DNA of 64,000 bases from Clostridia bacterium (GTDB lineage Bacteria > Bacillota > Clostridia > Oscillospirales > CAG-272). A model generated the notes under the pieces. The model worked only from the letters and a program-made list of their open reading frames with translations, made no database searches and was not told the origin of the DNA. A program made the position numbers and the translations under genes. The stretch covers positions 17,127 through 81,126 of the forward strand of contig JAFTXX010000002.1 in NCBI GenBank assembly GCA_017461475.1, given 5' to 3'. Within the stretch, counting starts at the first letter, position 1, and the number at the start of each line of letters is the position of its first letter. This document shows, one piece after another, positions 27,325-36,764 of the stretch.

Positions 27325-27984
27325 ATGATTACTTACGAACAAATAAAAAATCACCCCGCGGTGAAAGTGTATATTGAGGAAGCAAACCGCGCACTCGGCG
27401 CGCTCGGCTACACCGAGCACAGTTTTGCTCACGTTACAAAAGTTGCCGAGGTCGCGGGTGAATTGCTTGAAAAATGCGGCTATGACGCGCACACCGTGGA
27501 ACTTGCGAAAATCGCAGGTTACATGCACGACATCGGCAACATCGTCAACCGCGTTGACCACTCGCAAAGCGGTGCAGTAATGGCGTTCCGCATACTTGAT
27601 AACGAGGGCATGGACCCGCTCGACATATCGCGTATAGTTTCCGCTATAGGCAACCACGACGAGGGTACGGGTGTACCCGTTAACGAAATTGCCGCCGCGC
27701 TTATTATTGCTGATAAGAGCGACGTTCGCCGCAGTCGCGTGCGCAACGGGGACCATTCCACATTCGACATTCACGATCGCGTAAACTACTCGGTTTATTC
27801 CGCTTCTCTCGATCTTAACAAAAACAGCAAAAATCTCACTCTCCGCCTTGAAGTTGATACCGCGTACGGCTCTGTAATGGACTTTTTTGAAATCTTTCAT
27901 ACCCGTATGATAATGTGCAAAAAAGCCGCCGAAACTCTCGGACTTTCTTTTGGTATTACCATAAACGGCCAGTCTGTAATGTAA
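27325..27984 (+). CDS. HD-domain phosphohydrolase
   Basis: H..HV, MHDIGN and GNHDE motifs. It starts 8 nt after topB. Confidence 0.75.
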   Translation: MITYEQIKNHPAVKVYIEEANRALGALGYTEHSFAHVTKVAEVAGELLEKCGYDAHTVELAKIAGYMHDIGNIVNRVDHSQSGAVMAFRILDNEGMDPLDISRIVSAIGNHDEGTGVPVNEIAAALIIADKSDVRRSRVRNGDHSTFDIHDRVNYSVYSASLDLNKNSKNLTLRLEVDTAYGSVMDFFEIFHTRMIMCKKAAETLGLSFGITINGQSVM

Positions 27985-28097
27985 TTTTTCGTCAAAATTT
28001 CACTATTGCGCAAAAATTGCGGATATGGTATATTGAAAGTAGAATGTAAAATTTGTATAAAGTTTTCGTAAATTCTATTTAAACAAAGGAGAACGGA

Positions 28098-29873
28098 ATG
28101 ACCATTTTTGATGTGTTCACTTTGCTCGGAGGACTTGCACTGTTCCTCTACGGCATGAAGGTTATGGGCGATGCGCTTGAAAAGAGCGCCGGCCGACAAC
28201 TAAAAAACATTCTTGCAAAACTTACATCCAATACTTTTAACGGCTTCTTGCTCGGCCTCGGCGTAACGATGATTATTCAGTCGTCTTCCGCTACCACCGT
28301 TATGGTTGTCGGATTTGTAAACTCCGCTATAATGACGCTCCACCAGGCAACGGGTGTTATTATGGGTGCAAATCTCGGTACGTCCATTACTGCGTGGCTT
28401 TTGGCGACAACTGCTATCACGGGTGAGAATCTTCCGTGGTATGTCGAACTTTGCAAACCGTCTACCTTCTCTCCGTTGCTTGCTTTTGCAGGCATTGTTC
28501 TCGTCATGTTCCAGAAGAACGAGAAGCGCAGGGATATAGGTCATATTCTCATAGGTTTTGCGGTTCTTATGACGGGTATGGATGTTATGTCCGCCTCGGT
28601 TGAACCGCTCGCAGAGTCTGCTGAGTTCCAGGCGGTACTCACCAAGTTTGCAAATCCCATTGTCGGTATTTTGGTAGGTACCATTTTTACCGCTATAATT
28701 CAGTCTTCATCGGCATCTGTCGGTATTTTGCAGGCGCTTTCGCTCACCGGTGCGGTTTCTTACCGTGTGGCTATCCCTGTTGTTATAGGTCAGAACATTG
28801 GTACCTGTGTGTCCGCTCTGATATCTTCCATAGGCGCGGGAAAGAATGCACGCCGTGCGGCGCTTGTTCACCTGTATTTCAATATTTTAGCGGCATGTAT
28901 TGTAGGCGGCGGTTTCTATGCGCTTAATTATTTTATCTCGTTTGAACTCCCTGCGGTAATCGATCCTTTGGGAATTGCTGTTGTGCATACTACTTTCAAG
29001 ATTATCGCGCTTATATTTATCATGCCTTTCTCACGCGTACTTGAGAAACTTGCTATGCTCACCGTTCCGAACACCAAGGACGATGAGGACAATACACAAC
29101 TTCTTGACGACCGTCTTCTTGCTACTCCCGCGGTTGCAATTGAGACTTCGCGCAAAGTTGCGGTCGACATGGCAAAACTTTCGGTTCGCTCTCTTAAAAA
29201 CTCCATTCTTCTTCTCAACAACTATACCGATAAAGGTATGGAGTCTGTTAAGGCGGAAGAGGATAAAGTCGATAAATATGAGGATACTCTCGGCACATAT
29301 CTTGTCAAAGTAAGTTCGCAGGAACTTACCGAGTCCGACGGACACGAACTTACAAAACTGCTGCACATTATCGGCGACTTTGAACGTATTTCCGACCATG
29401 CCGTAAATATTGCAGGCACAGCGCAGGAAATGGCAGAGAAGAAAGTTACATTCTCAGAAAAGGCACAAAAGGAAATCACTGTAATGGTTTCCGCTGTTGA
29501 AGAGATTCTTGACAGTGCGCTTGACGCATTTTGTAACGGCGACACTAAGCAGGCTTTCAACGTTGAGCCGCTTGAAGAAGTTATCGACTATCTCAACGCA
29601 AAGATAAAGAAACGCCATGTTACAAGACTTCAGCGTGGTGAATGTACGATTGAACTCGGATTTGTACTTAACGACCTGCTCAATAACCTTGAACGCGTTT
29701 CCGACCACTGCTCAAATATCGCAGGCTGCGTTATCGAGATGGAACATGACGCACTTGACCTTCACGAGTATCTCAACAAACTCAAGAGCGAGGAAAACTC
29801 CCGCTATACCGAGATTTACAATGACTTCAAGGACAAGTATGTTCTTCCTCCCAAGGATGTTGTTGCTCAATGA
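28098..29873 (+). CDS. Na/Pi cotransporter family protein with C-terminal PhoU-like repeats
   Basis: The QSSSATT and QSSSASV repeats are typical of NptA-type transporters. The C-terminal helical domain carries two (F)ERISDH/LERVSDH PhoU-type motifs. Confidence 0.85.
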   Translation: MTIFDVFTLLGGLALFLYGMKVMGDALEKSAGRQLKNILAKLTSNTFNGFLLGLGVTMIIQSSSATTVMVVGFVNSAIMTLHQATGVIMGANLGTSITAWLLATTAITGENLPWYVELCKPSTFSPLLAFAGIVLVMFQKNEKRRDIGHILIGFAVLMTGMDVMSASVEPLAESAEFQAVLTKFANPIVGILVGTIFTAIIQSSSASVGILQALSLTGAVSYRVAIPVVIGQNIGTCVSALISSIGAGKNARRAALVHLYFNILAACIVGGGFYALNYFISFELPAVIDPLGIAVVHTTFKIIALIFIMPFSRVLEKLAMLTVPNTKDDEDNTQLLDDRLLATPAVAIETSRKVAVDMAKLSVRSLKNSILLLNNYTDKGMESVKAEEDKVDKYEDTLGTYLVKVSSQELTESDGHELTKLLHIIGDFERISDHAVNIAGTAQEMAEKKVTFSEKAQKEITVMVSAVEEILDSALDAFCNGDTKQAFNVEPLEEVIDYLNAKIKKRHVTRLQRGECTIELGFVLNDLLNNLERVSDHCSNIAGCVIEMEHDALDLHEYLNKLKSEENSRYTEIYNDFKDKYVLPPKDVVAQ

Positions 29874-30565
29874 AAAAAGTATTAGTAACAGGCGCGTCGC
29901 GCGGTATCGGATATGAAACCGCCGCGGCGTTTGCCAAAAACGGATATAAGGTTTTTGCACTTTGGCACAACTCCCCCGAAAAACTTTCGGATGCGGCAAA
30001 TCCCGGTATCACCCCCATGCAAGGCGATGTTTCGTCGCTAGCCTCAATGCAGAAAGTGCGCGAGGAAATCGGGGAAGTGGATATCCTTATCAACAATGCC
30101 GCAATCTCGCATTTCGGACTTCTCACCGACCTTGCCGAAACCGAATGGGACAATATCATGGCAGTCGACCTTAAGTCCGTATTCCTTACTTCAAAGGTCT
30201 TTTTGCCAGATATGATTCGCAAAAAGAGCGGTAAAATAATTAACATTTCGTCAATCTTCGGTGTTGTCGGCGGCTCGTGCGAAGTTGCATATTCCACAGC
30301 AAAGGCGGGTATTATCGGATTTACAAAAGCCCTTGCCAAAGAGGTAGGACCAAGTGGCATACAGGTCAACTGTATCGCCCCCGGAGTTATCGCTACCGAG
30401 ATGAATTCGCGTCTCAGTGATGACGATATGGCGGCTCTCGCCGACGAAACTCCTCTCGGACGCATAGGCACCCCCGAGGAAGTTGCACGCCTTGCACTAT
30501 ACCTTGCCGAAGATACGTTTATCACAGGCGAAACCATAAACATCGGCGGCGGATTTATGAGATAG
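29870..30565 (+). CDS. SDR-family oxidoreductase (FabG-like)
   Basis: TGASRGIG, NNAA and the YSTAKAG catalytic motif. The start overlaps the upstream stop (ATGA). Confidence 0.85.
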   Translation: MKKVLVTGASRGIGYETAAAFAKNGYKVFALWHNSPEKLSDAANPGITPMQGDVSSLASMQKVREEIGEVDILINNAAISHFGLLTDLAETEWDNIMAVDLKSVFLTSKVFLPDMIRKKSGKIINISSIFGVVGGSCEVAYSTAKAGIIGFTKALAKEVGPSGIQVNCIAPGVIATEMNSRLSDDDMAALADETPLGRIGTPEEVARLALYLAEDTFITGETINIGGGFMR

Positions 30566-30568
30566 TTA

Positions 30569-30602
30569 AAAGGACTTGTTCAAAATGAGCAAGTCCTTTT
30601 TG
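30569..30602 (+). terminator. intrinsic terminator
   Basis: aggacttg-loop-caagtcct followed by TTTT. Confidence 0.7.
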
Positions 30603-30618
30603 CCGTTTAATGGGAAGA

Positions 30619-30864
30619 TAAATTAATGTTTAGCGGAGAAGCAAACATCTCCCCGCGAGATCCTTCACTCCGCCCATACTCGCTTTGCGAGTATGGCAGG
30701 AACCTTCGGTTCCTTGTGCTCCGTTCGAGGATGACAAGCGGGGGTTGTTGCAATGCTATAAAATAAGGCAACTAAAGCACTTTGCTAAATCCCGCCCTTG
30801 TCATCCTTGAGCGAAGCGAAGGATCTCGGGCGGAGATGTTTGTAAAATAAACATTAATTTACCT
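30619..30864. repeat. family B palindromic element, copy 2 (with an extra internal hairpin module)
   Basis: Termini taaattaatgtttagcgg and aaataaacattaatttacc. It has the same nested arms as copy 1, plus a ~45-nt insert cccatactcgctttgcgagtatgg/caggaaccttcggttcctt that forms two small hairpins. Confidence 0.85.
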
Positions 30865-30877
30865 AACTTCCTACGAC

Positions 30878-30906
30878 AAAAGCGACTGCAAAATGCAGCC
30901 GCTTTA
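30878..30906 (-). terminator. intrinsic terminator of the XRE gene
   Basis: On the minus strand: agcggctgca-tttt-gcagtcgct followed by TTTTG. Confidence 0.5.
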
Positions 30907-30936
30907 TTAATTTCATAACATTGCTGATTTTTCTGT

Positions 30937-31170
30937 TCAGTCATCAAAAGACAATAATTTGTAAGGTGGTATTTCAAGTGCTTTGGCGATTTTAAAAAGT
31001 GTATCCAATGAAATGGCTTTATAAATATTAGGTGCTTCTATTTGACCGATGAAAGAAACTCCGCAACCTAAAATTTCGGCAAGTTGCTCTTGCGTTAAAG
31101 ATTTCAGTTTTCTGTAATAAGATATTTTTAGCCCTATTTTTATATAATTGTCTTTAAATTCTATATTCAC
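30937..31170 (-). CDS. XRE-family helix-turn-helix transcriptional regulator
   Basis: LTQEQLAEILGCGVSFIGQIE helix-turn-helix motif. A GTG at 31170 with a GGTGA ribosome-binding site is proposed as the start. The N-terminal extension in the track is hydrophobic, AT-rich read-through of the promoter. Confidence 0.65.
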   Translation of the reverse strand: MNIEFKDNYIKIGLKISYYRKLKSLTQEQLAEILGCGVSFIGQIEAPNIYKAISLDTLFKIAKALEIPPYKLLSFDD

Positions 31171-31285
31171 AAAAATCACCCAATATAATTCTATTATATT
31201 GACAAACAAATATAAATATGATAAACTTAACATAATTATTACCGTACAAATAATAATTATGTTAAGTACATGGAGGGAAAATCAA

Positions 31286-31990
31286 ATGAAAAAGAGATTA
31301 CAAGGTATGATTGCGGGGATTTTAATAGGCGTAATGTTTTCGGGCATAGCGGTATATGCTGCAACGGGTTCTAAAACGATTGAAGCCTATTATAACAATA
31401 TAAAAGTTTATAAAGACAATGTTTTGTGCGAACTGAAAGATGCAAACGGTACTACTATTGAGCCTTTCATCTACAACGGAACGACATATATGCCTGTCAG
31501 AGGTACCGCAAATTTGGCGGGAATGGAAGTTGAATGGGACGGAAAGACACAGAGCGTGTATCTGTGGGACGAATTGGTTCCCGACGGAACATACTTAATG
31601 GATGTTTGTCCTCCGTATGCAACATCAAGTGAATATGAGGGTTATTCAAGTCAATCGGGAAAAAGTTTTATGATGGCGGGCGAGAAATTTTCAAATGGTT
31701 TTACTATTGGCGAGAACCATTGGAATATGTCTGATTGTTTTGCGCTATTTAATTTGAACAGTAAATTTTCAGTTATAAATTTGAGCATAGGACTTGTTGA
31801 TGACAATCAAATGTATGATACTACCGTTTGTTTTTATGTTGACGGAAAATTGGTCAAGGAAATTGATATAGAAGCCGATGGTTTGCCTAAAACCGTTTCT
31901 ATTCCGGTTAATTACGGTTTGCAACTTAAAATATTAGTGCCTGAAACTAATTACACCGTAATAGGTTTTGGAAACATAACTGTTGAATGA
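31286..31990 (+). CDS. secreted or anchored protein with a copper-amine-oxidase-N-like domain and an NPCBM-like C-terminal domain
   Basis: GGAGGGAAAA ribosome-binding site and the signal/anchor MKKRLQGMIAGILIGVMFSGIAVYA. The FIYNGTTYMPVRGTANLAGMEVEWDGKTQSVYL motif is typical of the clostridial stalk domain. The C-terminal domain resembles a carbohydrate-binding beta-sandwich. Confidence 0.55.
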   Translation: MKKRLQGMIAGILIGVMFSGIAVYAATGSKTIEAYYNNIKVYKDNVLCELKDANGTTIEPFIYNGTTYMPVRGTANLAGMEVEWDGKTQSVYLWDELVPDGTYLMDVCPPYATSSEYEGYSSQSGKSFMMAGEKFSNGFTIGENHWNMSDCFALFNLNSKFSVINLSIGLVDDNQMYDTTVCFYVDGKLVKEIDIEADGLPKTVSIPVNYGLQLKILVPETNYTVIGFGNITVE

Positions 31991-32116
31991 AACATTTGAT
32001 AGTAAGTCTTGTATCAAGAACGATAAGCGTAATAGTTCGTTTTGATAAAACAGCACAATGTGTACGGTGATTTTAAAAAATCTGTCCATGTCGTAACTTC
32101 GCGGTAACATGGGCAG

Positions 32117-32155
32117 AAAAAGCGTGTCTCGATATTGTAACGAGACACGCTTTTA
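32117..32155. terminator. bidirectional intrinsic terminator
   Basis: AAAA-agcgtgtctcg-atattgtaa-cgagacacgct-TTTT between convergent genes. Confidence 0.75.
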
Positions 32156-32157
32156 TG

Positions 32158-33255
32158 TTAATTCAAAAACATTTTCATAACGTCAATAACTTCGTCGCGG
32201 GAGTCGAGTTCGGCGATTTGGATTATGCGTTTTAATCTGTACTTTATCGTGCTTTCCGACACGTGCAGTATTTCCGCAATGTCAAAATATTTGTACCCGT
32301 TGATGATAAGTTTCAAGAGGTCAATGTCAATTGCGTCACATGCTGAAAGTATCTTTTCCGCAAGAAAAATTCTTGATACACTCGGGTCGCTGTGAAAAAG
32401 GGAAGCCGTGCCGTCGGGGGTGAGAGAGGTGCCGAGGGTCTCCTGCTTGACGGGAAGATTGGCAGTCGTGTCACCGATGATAAAATCACAGCGGATTTTG
32501 GTGCTTATGCTTGAAATGCTCGGTGAGGATGTGAGGTGGTGACAGACTTTTACCGTCTGCTTGCCGACCTCAACGCAGTTGAGCCTCGCCATTGTGAGCG
32601 TCTTTTTGCCGCTTGAGCTTATTGCCATGTCGCCGAAAGAGCAGAGAAACAAATCCTCGGGTATTTTGATTCCCGCTTCTTCCAGTTGATGTAAAAGTAT
32701 AACCGCGCTTGCGTCGTTGGAACAGATTACAGCGTCATAGTTGCGGCAAACCTCCATGAAACGTTCGCACGCCGAATTCATAAGTCCGTCCGCGCCCGTG
32801 TAGTAGAAAACATCATGCTCCCTGCATTTGTCGTAGGAAAGGAAAGCGTCTTTTTTTATCATGTCAGTCGCCGAATCAGAGTTTACGGCAAACAGGGCGA
32901 TGCGGTTTTTCTTATACGCGCGCAGGTATTCAATAAGTTGATAGGTTGCCTCGCGGTAGTCCATGAAAACATAACTTGCGTGTCGGAATGCATCTCTCGA
33001 AGCACCTCCGATAACGATTGGCTCCACTCCGAGTTCAGATAGTATAGCGGCAACTTTTTCTATCCACGCGCGTGAAGTTGAAAGTATCGCCGCAGAGATC
33101 GGTTTATCCTCTTTGAAAGCCTCGGCAGCTTCCTGCACGGACAGTACAAAAACCGTGTCTCCTTTGCGTTTTGCCTCACTGTAAATGCCTTTTAAATAAA
33201 GTGCGCACCAGTGTGTTTTTTCTGCCCCGGGTTGACAAATTATGTTTATTTTCAT
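32158..33255 (-). CDS. hybrid regulator: LacI-type periplasmic-binding-protein core with a C-terminal LuxR/GerE-type helix-turn-helix
   Basis: The N-terminal ~280 aa resembles a sugar-binding PBP fold (IALFAVNSDSATD, AVICSNDASA) and has no N-terminal helix-turn-helix. The C-terminus YFDIAEILHVSESTIKYRLKRI is a LuxR-like helix-turn-helix. Confidence 0.6.
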   Translation of the reverse strand: MKINIICQPGAEKTHWCALYLKGIYSEAKRKGDTVFVLSVQEAAEAFKEDKPISAAILSTSRAWIEKVAAILSELGVEPIVIGGASRDAFRHASYVFMDYREATYQLIEYLRAYKKNRIALFAVNSDSATDMIKKDAFLSYDKCREHDVFYYTGADGLMNSACERFMEVCRNYDAVICSNDASAVILLHQLEEAGIKIPEDLFLCSFGDMAISSSGKKTLTMARLNCVEVGKQTVKVCHHLTSSPSISSISTKIRCDFIIGDTTANLPVKQETLGTSLTPDGTASLFHSDPSVSRIFLAEKILSACDAIDIDLLKLIINGYKYFDIAEILHVSESTIKYRLKRIIQIAELDSRDEVIDVMKMFLN

Positions 33256-33439
33256 GGAATTTTCCTCCCTGATTTTTAGAGAGTCTGCTTTAGGTCAGCA
33301 ATTATATCACAACGAAATTTTTTTGTCAAGACCAAATTGCAAAAGTCAGAGATTTTTTATTGGTATTGAGCAAAGCGGGGGATAGTGCTAAAATCAAGGT
33401 GTATGAAACAAAAAACAAATTTTCAAGGAGATTTTGAAA

Positions 33440-36400
33440 ATGGCTAAGAAGACAACGGCACAGTTCGAAGATCTGGTTATTCCGACCTATAAACCCGGCG
33501 CAAGCGAATCTCTTCCCATGTTCTTTGAGAAGAAACCTTATCAGGGTGCAAGCGGACATCTTTATCCGATTCCGTTCACCACTAAAATCAGCGACAAGAA
33601 ACAGGACGTTACATATAACGCCGCAATTCTTGAAAACGAGTATATCAAACTCGAAGTTCTTCCCGAAATCGGCGGTAAGATTCAGCGTGCACTTGATAAG
33701 ACCAACAACTACGACTTCGTTTACCACAATGAGGTAATCAAACCCGCAATGGTAGGTCTTGCAGGCCCTTGGGTTTCCGGCGGTATTGAATTCAACTGGC
33801 CTCAGCACCACCGTCCCACTACATATATGCCTGTTGAGGCAACCATTACCGAGCGCGAGAACGGCGAAAAGACCGTTTGGGTAGGTGAAGTTGACCCGCT
33901 TCTCCGTATGAAGGGCATGGCAGGTATCACCATTGTTCCCGGTAAGTCTTACTTCAAGGCAGAGGTTCAGGTTTACAACCGTACTCCTTATCCCCAGCCT
34001 TTCATGTGGTGGGCAAACCTCGCTGTAGAAATCGATGAGAACTACCGCGTTGTATTCCCGCCGGATGTAGAGTGGGTCAACGACCATGACCGCAGAGCAA
34101 TTCTCGAGTGGCCTATTGCTAAGGGAGTTTACCACACCGCCCGTCCTTTCGACTTCGGCAAGGGCACCGATATTCACATCCTCGGCAATGTTCGCGTTCC
34201 TTCCTCTTACCTTGTTTCCAAGGGTCAGAGTGACGCTGACTACATTTCCGGCTACGATGTAGCAAAAGAGTGCGGTATCGTTACCGTTGCAAACCATCAC
34301 ATCTCTCCCGGTAAGAAACTCTGGCACTGGGGCAATCACCCCTTCGGTGACAAGTGGTGCTCCAACCTTACCGATAACGGTTCCAAGTACGTTGAACTTA
34401 TGACCGGTGTTTATACTGATAACCAGCCTGACTTCACATGGATCATGCCTTACGAAACCAAAACCTTTGAGCAGTATTGGTACCCCGTAAAGAACATCGG
34501 TGAAGCAAAGAACGCTACCATTGATGCTGCAATCAATGTTGAAAAGCGCGACGGCAAACTCTTTATCGGCGTATACGCTACAGGCGAATACAAGAATGCA
34601 AAACTTGTTATTACTCACGGTGACAATACAATTAAAGAAACCATCGCCGTCATCTCCCCCGAGACTACATTCACCAAACTTTATGACATCAAGGGACTTG
34701 ACATGAAGAAAGTTTCGGTTGACTTCACCGATGCCGAGGGCAACAAACTCGTTGATTACAGACACTACGAGCGCGGGCACAAGAAGCCTATCGAACCCCG
34801 TAAGCCCGCACTTCCTCCTAAGGAAATCGAAACCGTTGAAGAACTCTTCATCAACGGCCGCCACCTTGAGCAGTATAAGCACTTCGCTTACGAGCCTGCT
34901 GATTACTTCATGGAAGCACTGGAGCGTGACCCCGGCGAAAGCCGTTGCAACACCGCAATGGGTAATATCCGCCTGAAGGAAGGCAGATTTGAAGAGGCTA
35001 TTGAATATTACGATAAGGCTATTAAGCGTCTCACCCTCAGAAACGACAATCCCTACGATGTTGAGGCTCTCTATCACAAGGGTCTTGCTCTCCGCTACCT
35101 CGGTAAACTTGATGAAGCGTATAACTACTTCTACAGAAGTATCTGGAGTTATGACTATATCGCTGCAGGCTACTATGCACTCGCAGGTATCGACTGCATC
35201 CGTGGCGACTACGAGCAGGCACTTAAGCACCTCGACCTCTGCCTTGACGCAGGCGGAAAGAACCTTGAAGCACTCAAACTCAAGGCTGAGATCACAGGCG
35301 ATAAGGCAATCTTAGAGCAGATTAAGGCAATCGACCCGCTCTTCGACGTACTTCCCGATAAGCACGAGTATTACATTGACCGCGCTATCGAGTACATGAA
35401 CGCCGGCATGACCGATAAGGCAGTTGCAATCCTTAAGGAAGCAAATGCAAAGGCTCCTTTGGTTAACTACTATCTCGGTTACCTCACAGGCGACAAGAAG
35501 TATTACGAAAAGGCTGACAAGTGCGACTGGGCATGCGCATTCCCCGCACGTCTCGAGGATATCGCAGTTCTCAAGGCTGCAAACACCGGCATGGCTAAGT
35601 ATTATCTCGGCAACCTCTACTATGACAGACGCCGTTATGAAGACGCTATTGCACTCTGGGAAGCCGCAGACAAGGAACTCGGCGGATTTGCTCCCGCGTG
35701 CCGCAACCTCGGTCTCGCATACTTTGATAAGCGCGAAGACTTCACCGGCGCAGAGAAGATGCTTTTCAAGGCGCTCGAACTCGACAACGGCAAGAACGAC
35801 CGTATCTTCTTTGAACTGTCTCAGCTCTACAAGAACGGCGGCAAGAGTGTAAATGACAGACTTGCTCTCCATGAAAAGTATGCAAAACTCAGCGCTATGC
35901 GCGACGACTGCACTCTCGACCACTCTATCCTTCTCACCGAACTCGGCAGATATGACGAAGCAAAGGCACTTCTCGACGCTCACTGGTTCCACACCTACGA
36001 GGGCGGCGAAGGTAACCTCACCCGTCACCATGCATGGCTTATGACTCTCATCGGCAAGAAACTCGCTGACGAAGGCAACTATGAGGAAGCAATCGAAGCA
36101 TACAAGAACGGTTATGTATTCCCGCTCTGCTACGGCGAAGAGAAGAACTACTTCGCACAGGAAAGCCACCTCAACTACGGTCTTGCAATGGCTTATAAGG
36201 CGGCAGGTAACAAGCGCGAGTATGAGAAGACTATCAAAGAGGCAATGAAGGACACCGCTGCTCCTTCCGAAATCAGTTACTTCCGCGCACTTGCGATGTA
36301 CGAAGCAGGTGAAATCAGCGAAGGTCGTGCACTCTGCGAAGAGATGATTGCAAAGGGACAGCAGACTATCCGCGATAAGGATGTAAGCGCCTACTATGGC

Positions 36401-36592
36401 GTAGGCTCTCCTTGTCCTTGCCCCTTCGAGTACAACTTCCCCAAGATCAACACCGTCAAGGGACTTGTTCTCATGGCATTCGGCGAACTCGGTCTCGGCA
36501 GAGTAACCGATGCAAAAACTCACATCGAAGAAGCAAGAAAACTCGATGTAACCAATTTCGCAGTAGCAATGTTCGATATTTTCTGCAAGTAA
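33440..36592 (+). CDS. DUF5107-like domain plus TPR-repeat giant protein
   Basis: The N-terminal region (PYQGASGHLYPIPF, GGIEFNWPQHHRP) matches my recollection of the DUF5107/aldose-epimerase-like family. The C-terminal ~550 aa is TPR-like. The ATG at 33440 lies 9 nt after AAGGAG. Confidence 0.65.
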   Translation: MAKKTTAQFEDLVIPTYKPGASESLPMFFEKKPYQGASGHLYPIPFTTKISDKKQDVTYNAAILENEYIKLEVLPEIGGKIQRALDKTNNYDFVYHNEVIKPAMVGLAGPWVSGGIEFNWPQHHRPTTYMPVEATITERENGEKTVWVGEVDPLLRMKGMAGITIVPGKSYFKAEVQVYNRTPYPQPFMWWANLAVEIDENYRVVFPPDVEWVNDHDRRAILEWPIAKGVYHTARPFDFGKGTDIHILGNVRVPSSYLVSKGQSDADYISGYDVAKECGIVTVANHHISPGKKLWHWGNHPFGDKWCSNLTDNGSKYVELMTGVYTDNQPDFTWIMPYETKTFEQYWYPVKNIGEAKNATIDAAINVEKRDGKLFIGVYATGEYKNAKLVITHGDNTIKETIAVISPETTFTKLYDIKGLDMKKVSVDFTDAEGNKLVDYRHYERGHKKPIEPRKPALPPKEIETVEELFINGRHLEQYKHFAYEPADYFMEALERDPGESRCNTAMGNIRLKEGRFEEAIEYYDKAIKRLTLRNDNPYDVEALYHKGLALRYLGKLDEAYNYFYRSIWSYDYIAAGYYALAGIDCIRGDYEQALKHLDLCLDAGGKNLEALKLKAEITGDKAILEQIKAIDPLFDVLPDKHEYYIDRAIEYMNAGMTDKAVAILKEANAKAPLVNYYLGYLTGDKKYYEKADKCDWACAFPARLEDIAVLKAANTGMAKYYLGNLYYDRRRYEDAIALWEAADKELGGFAPACRNLGLAYFDKREDFTGAEKMLFKALELDNGKNDRIFFELSQLYKNGGKSVNDRLALHEKYAKLSAMRDDCTLDHSILLTELGRYDEAKALLDAHWFHTYEGGEGNLTRHHAWLMTLIGKKLADEGNYEEAIEAYKNGYVFPLCYGEEKNYFAQESHLNYGLAMAYKAAGNKREYEKTIKEAMKDTAAPSEISYFRALAMYEAGEISEGRALCEEMIAKGQQTIRDKDVSAYYGVGSPCPCPFEYNFPKINTVKGLVLMAFGELGLGRVTDAKTHIEEARKLDVTNFAVAMFDIFCK

Positions 36593-36764
36593 TATAATAA
36601 TGAAGCAAAACCCGAATACACTCGGGTTTTGTTTCACATTGTATGCAGGGAGAAAACAAACATTTATACGAAAATTTATCACAAAAAGTAAAAATCTTTT
36701 GATGACAAATTGTGCAAAATGTTGTATAATAGTTTTGTAAATTCTATTCTTTTTGGAGGAAATT

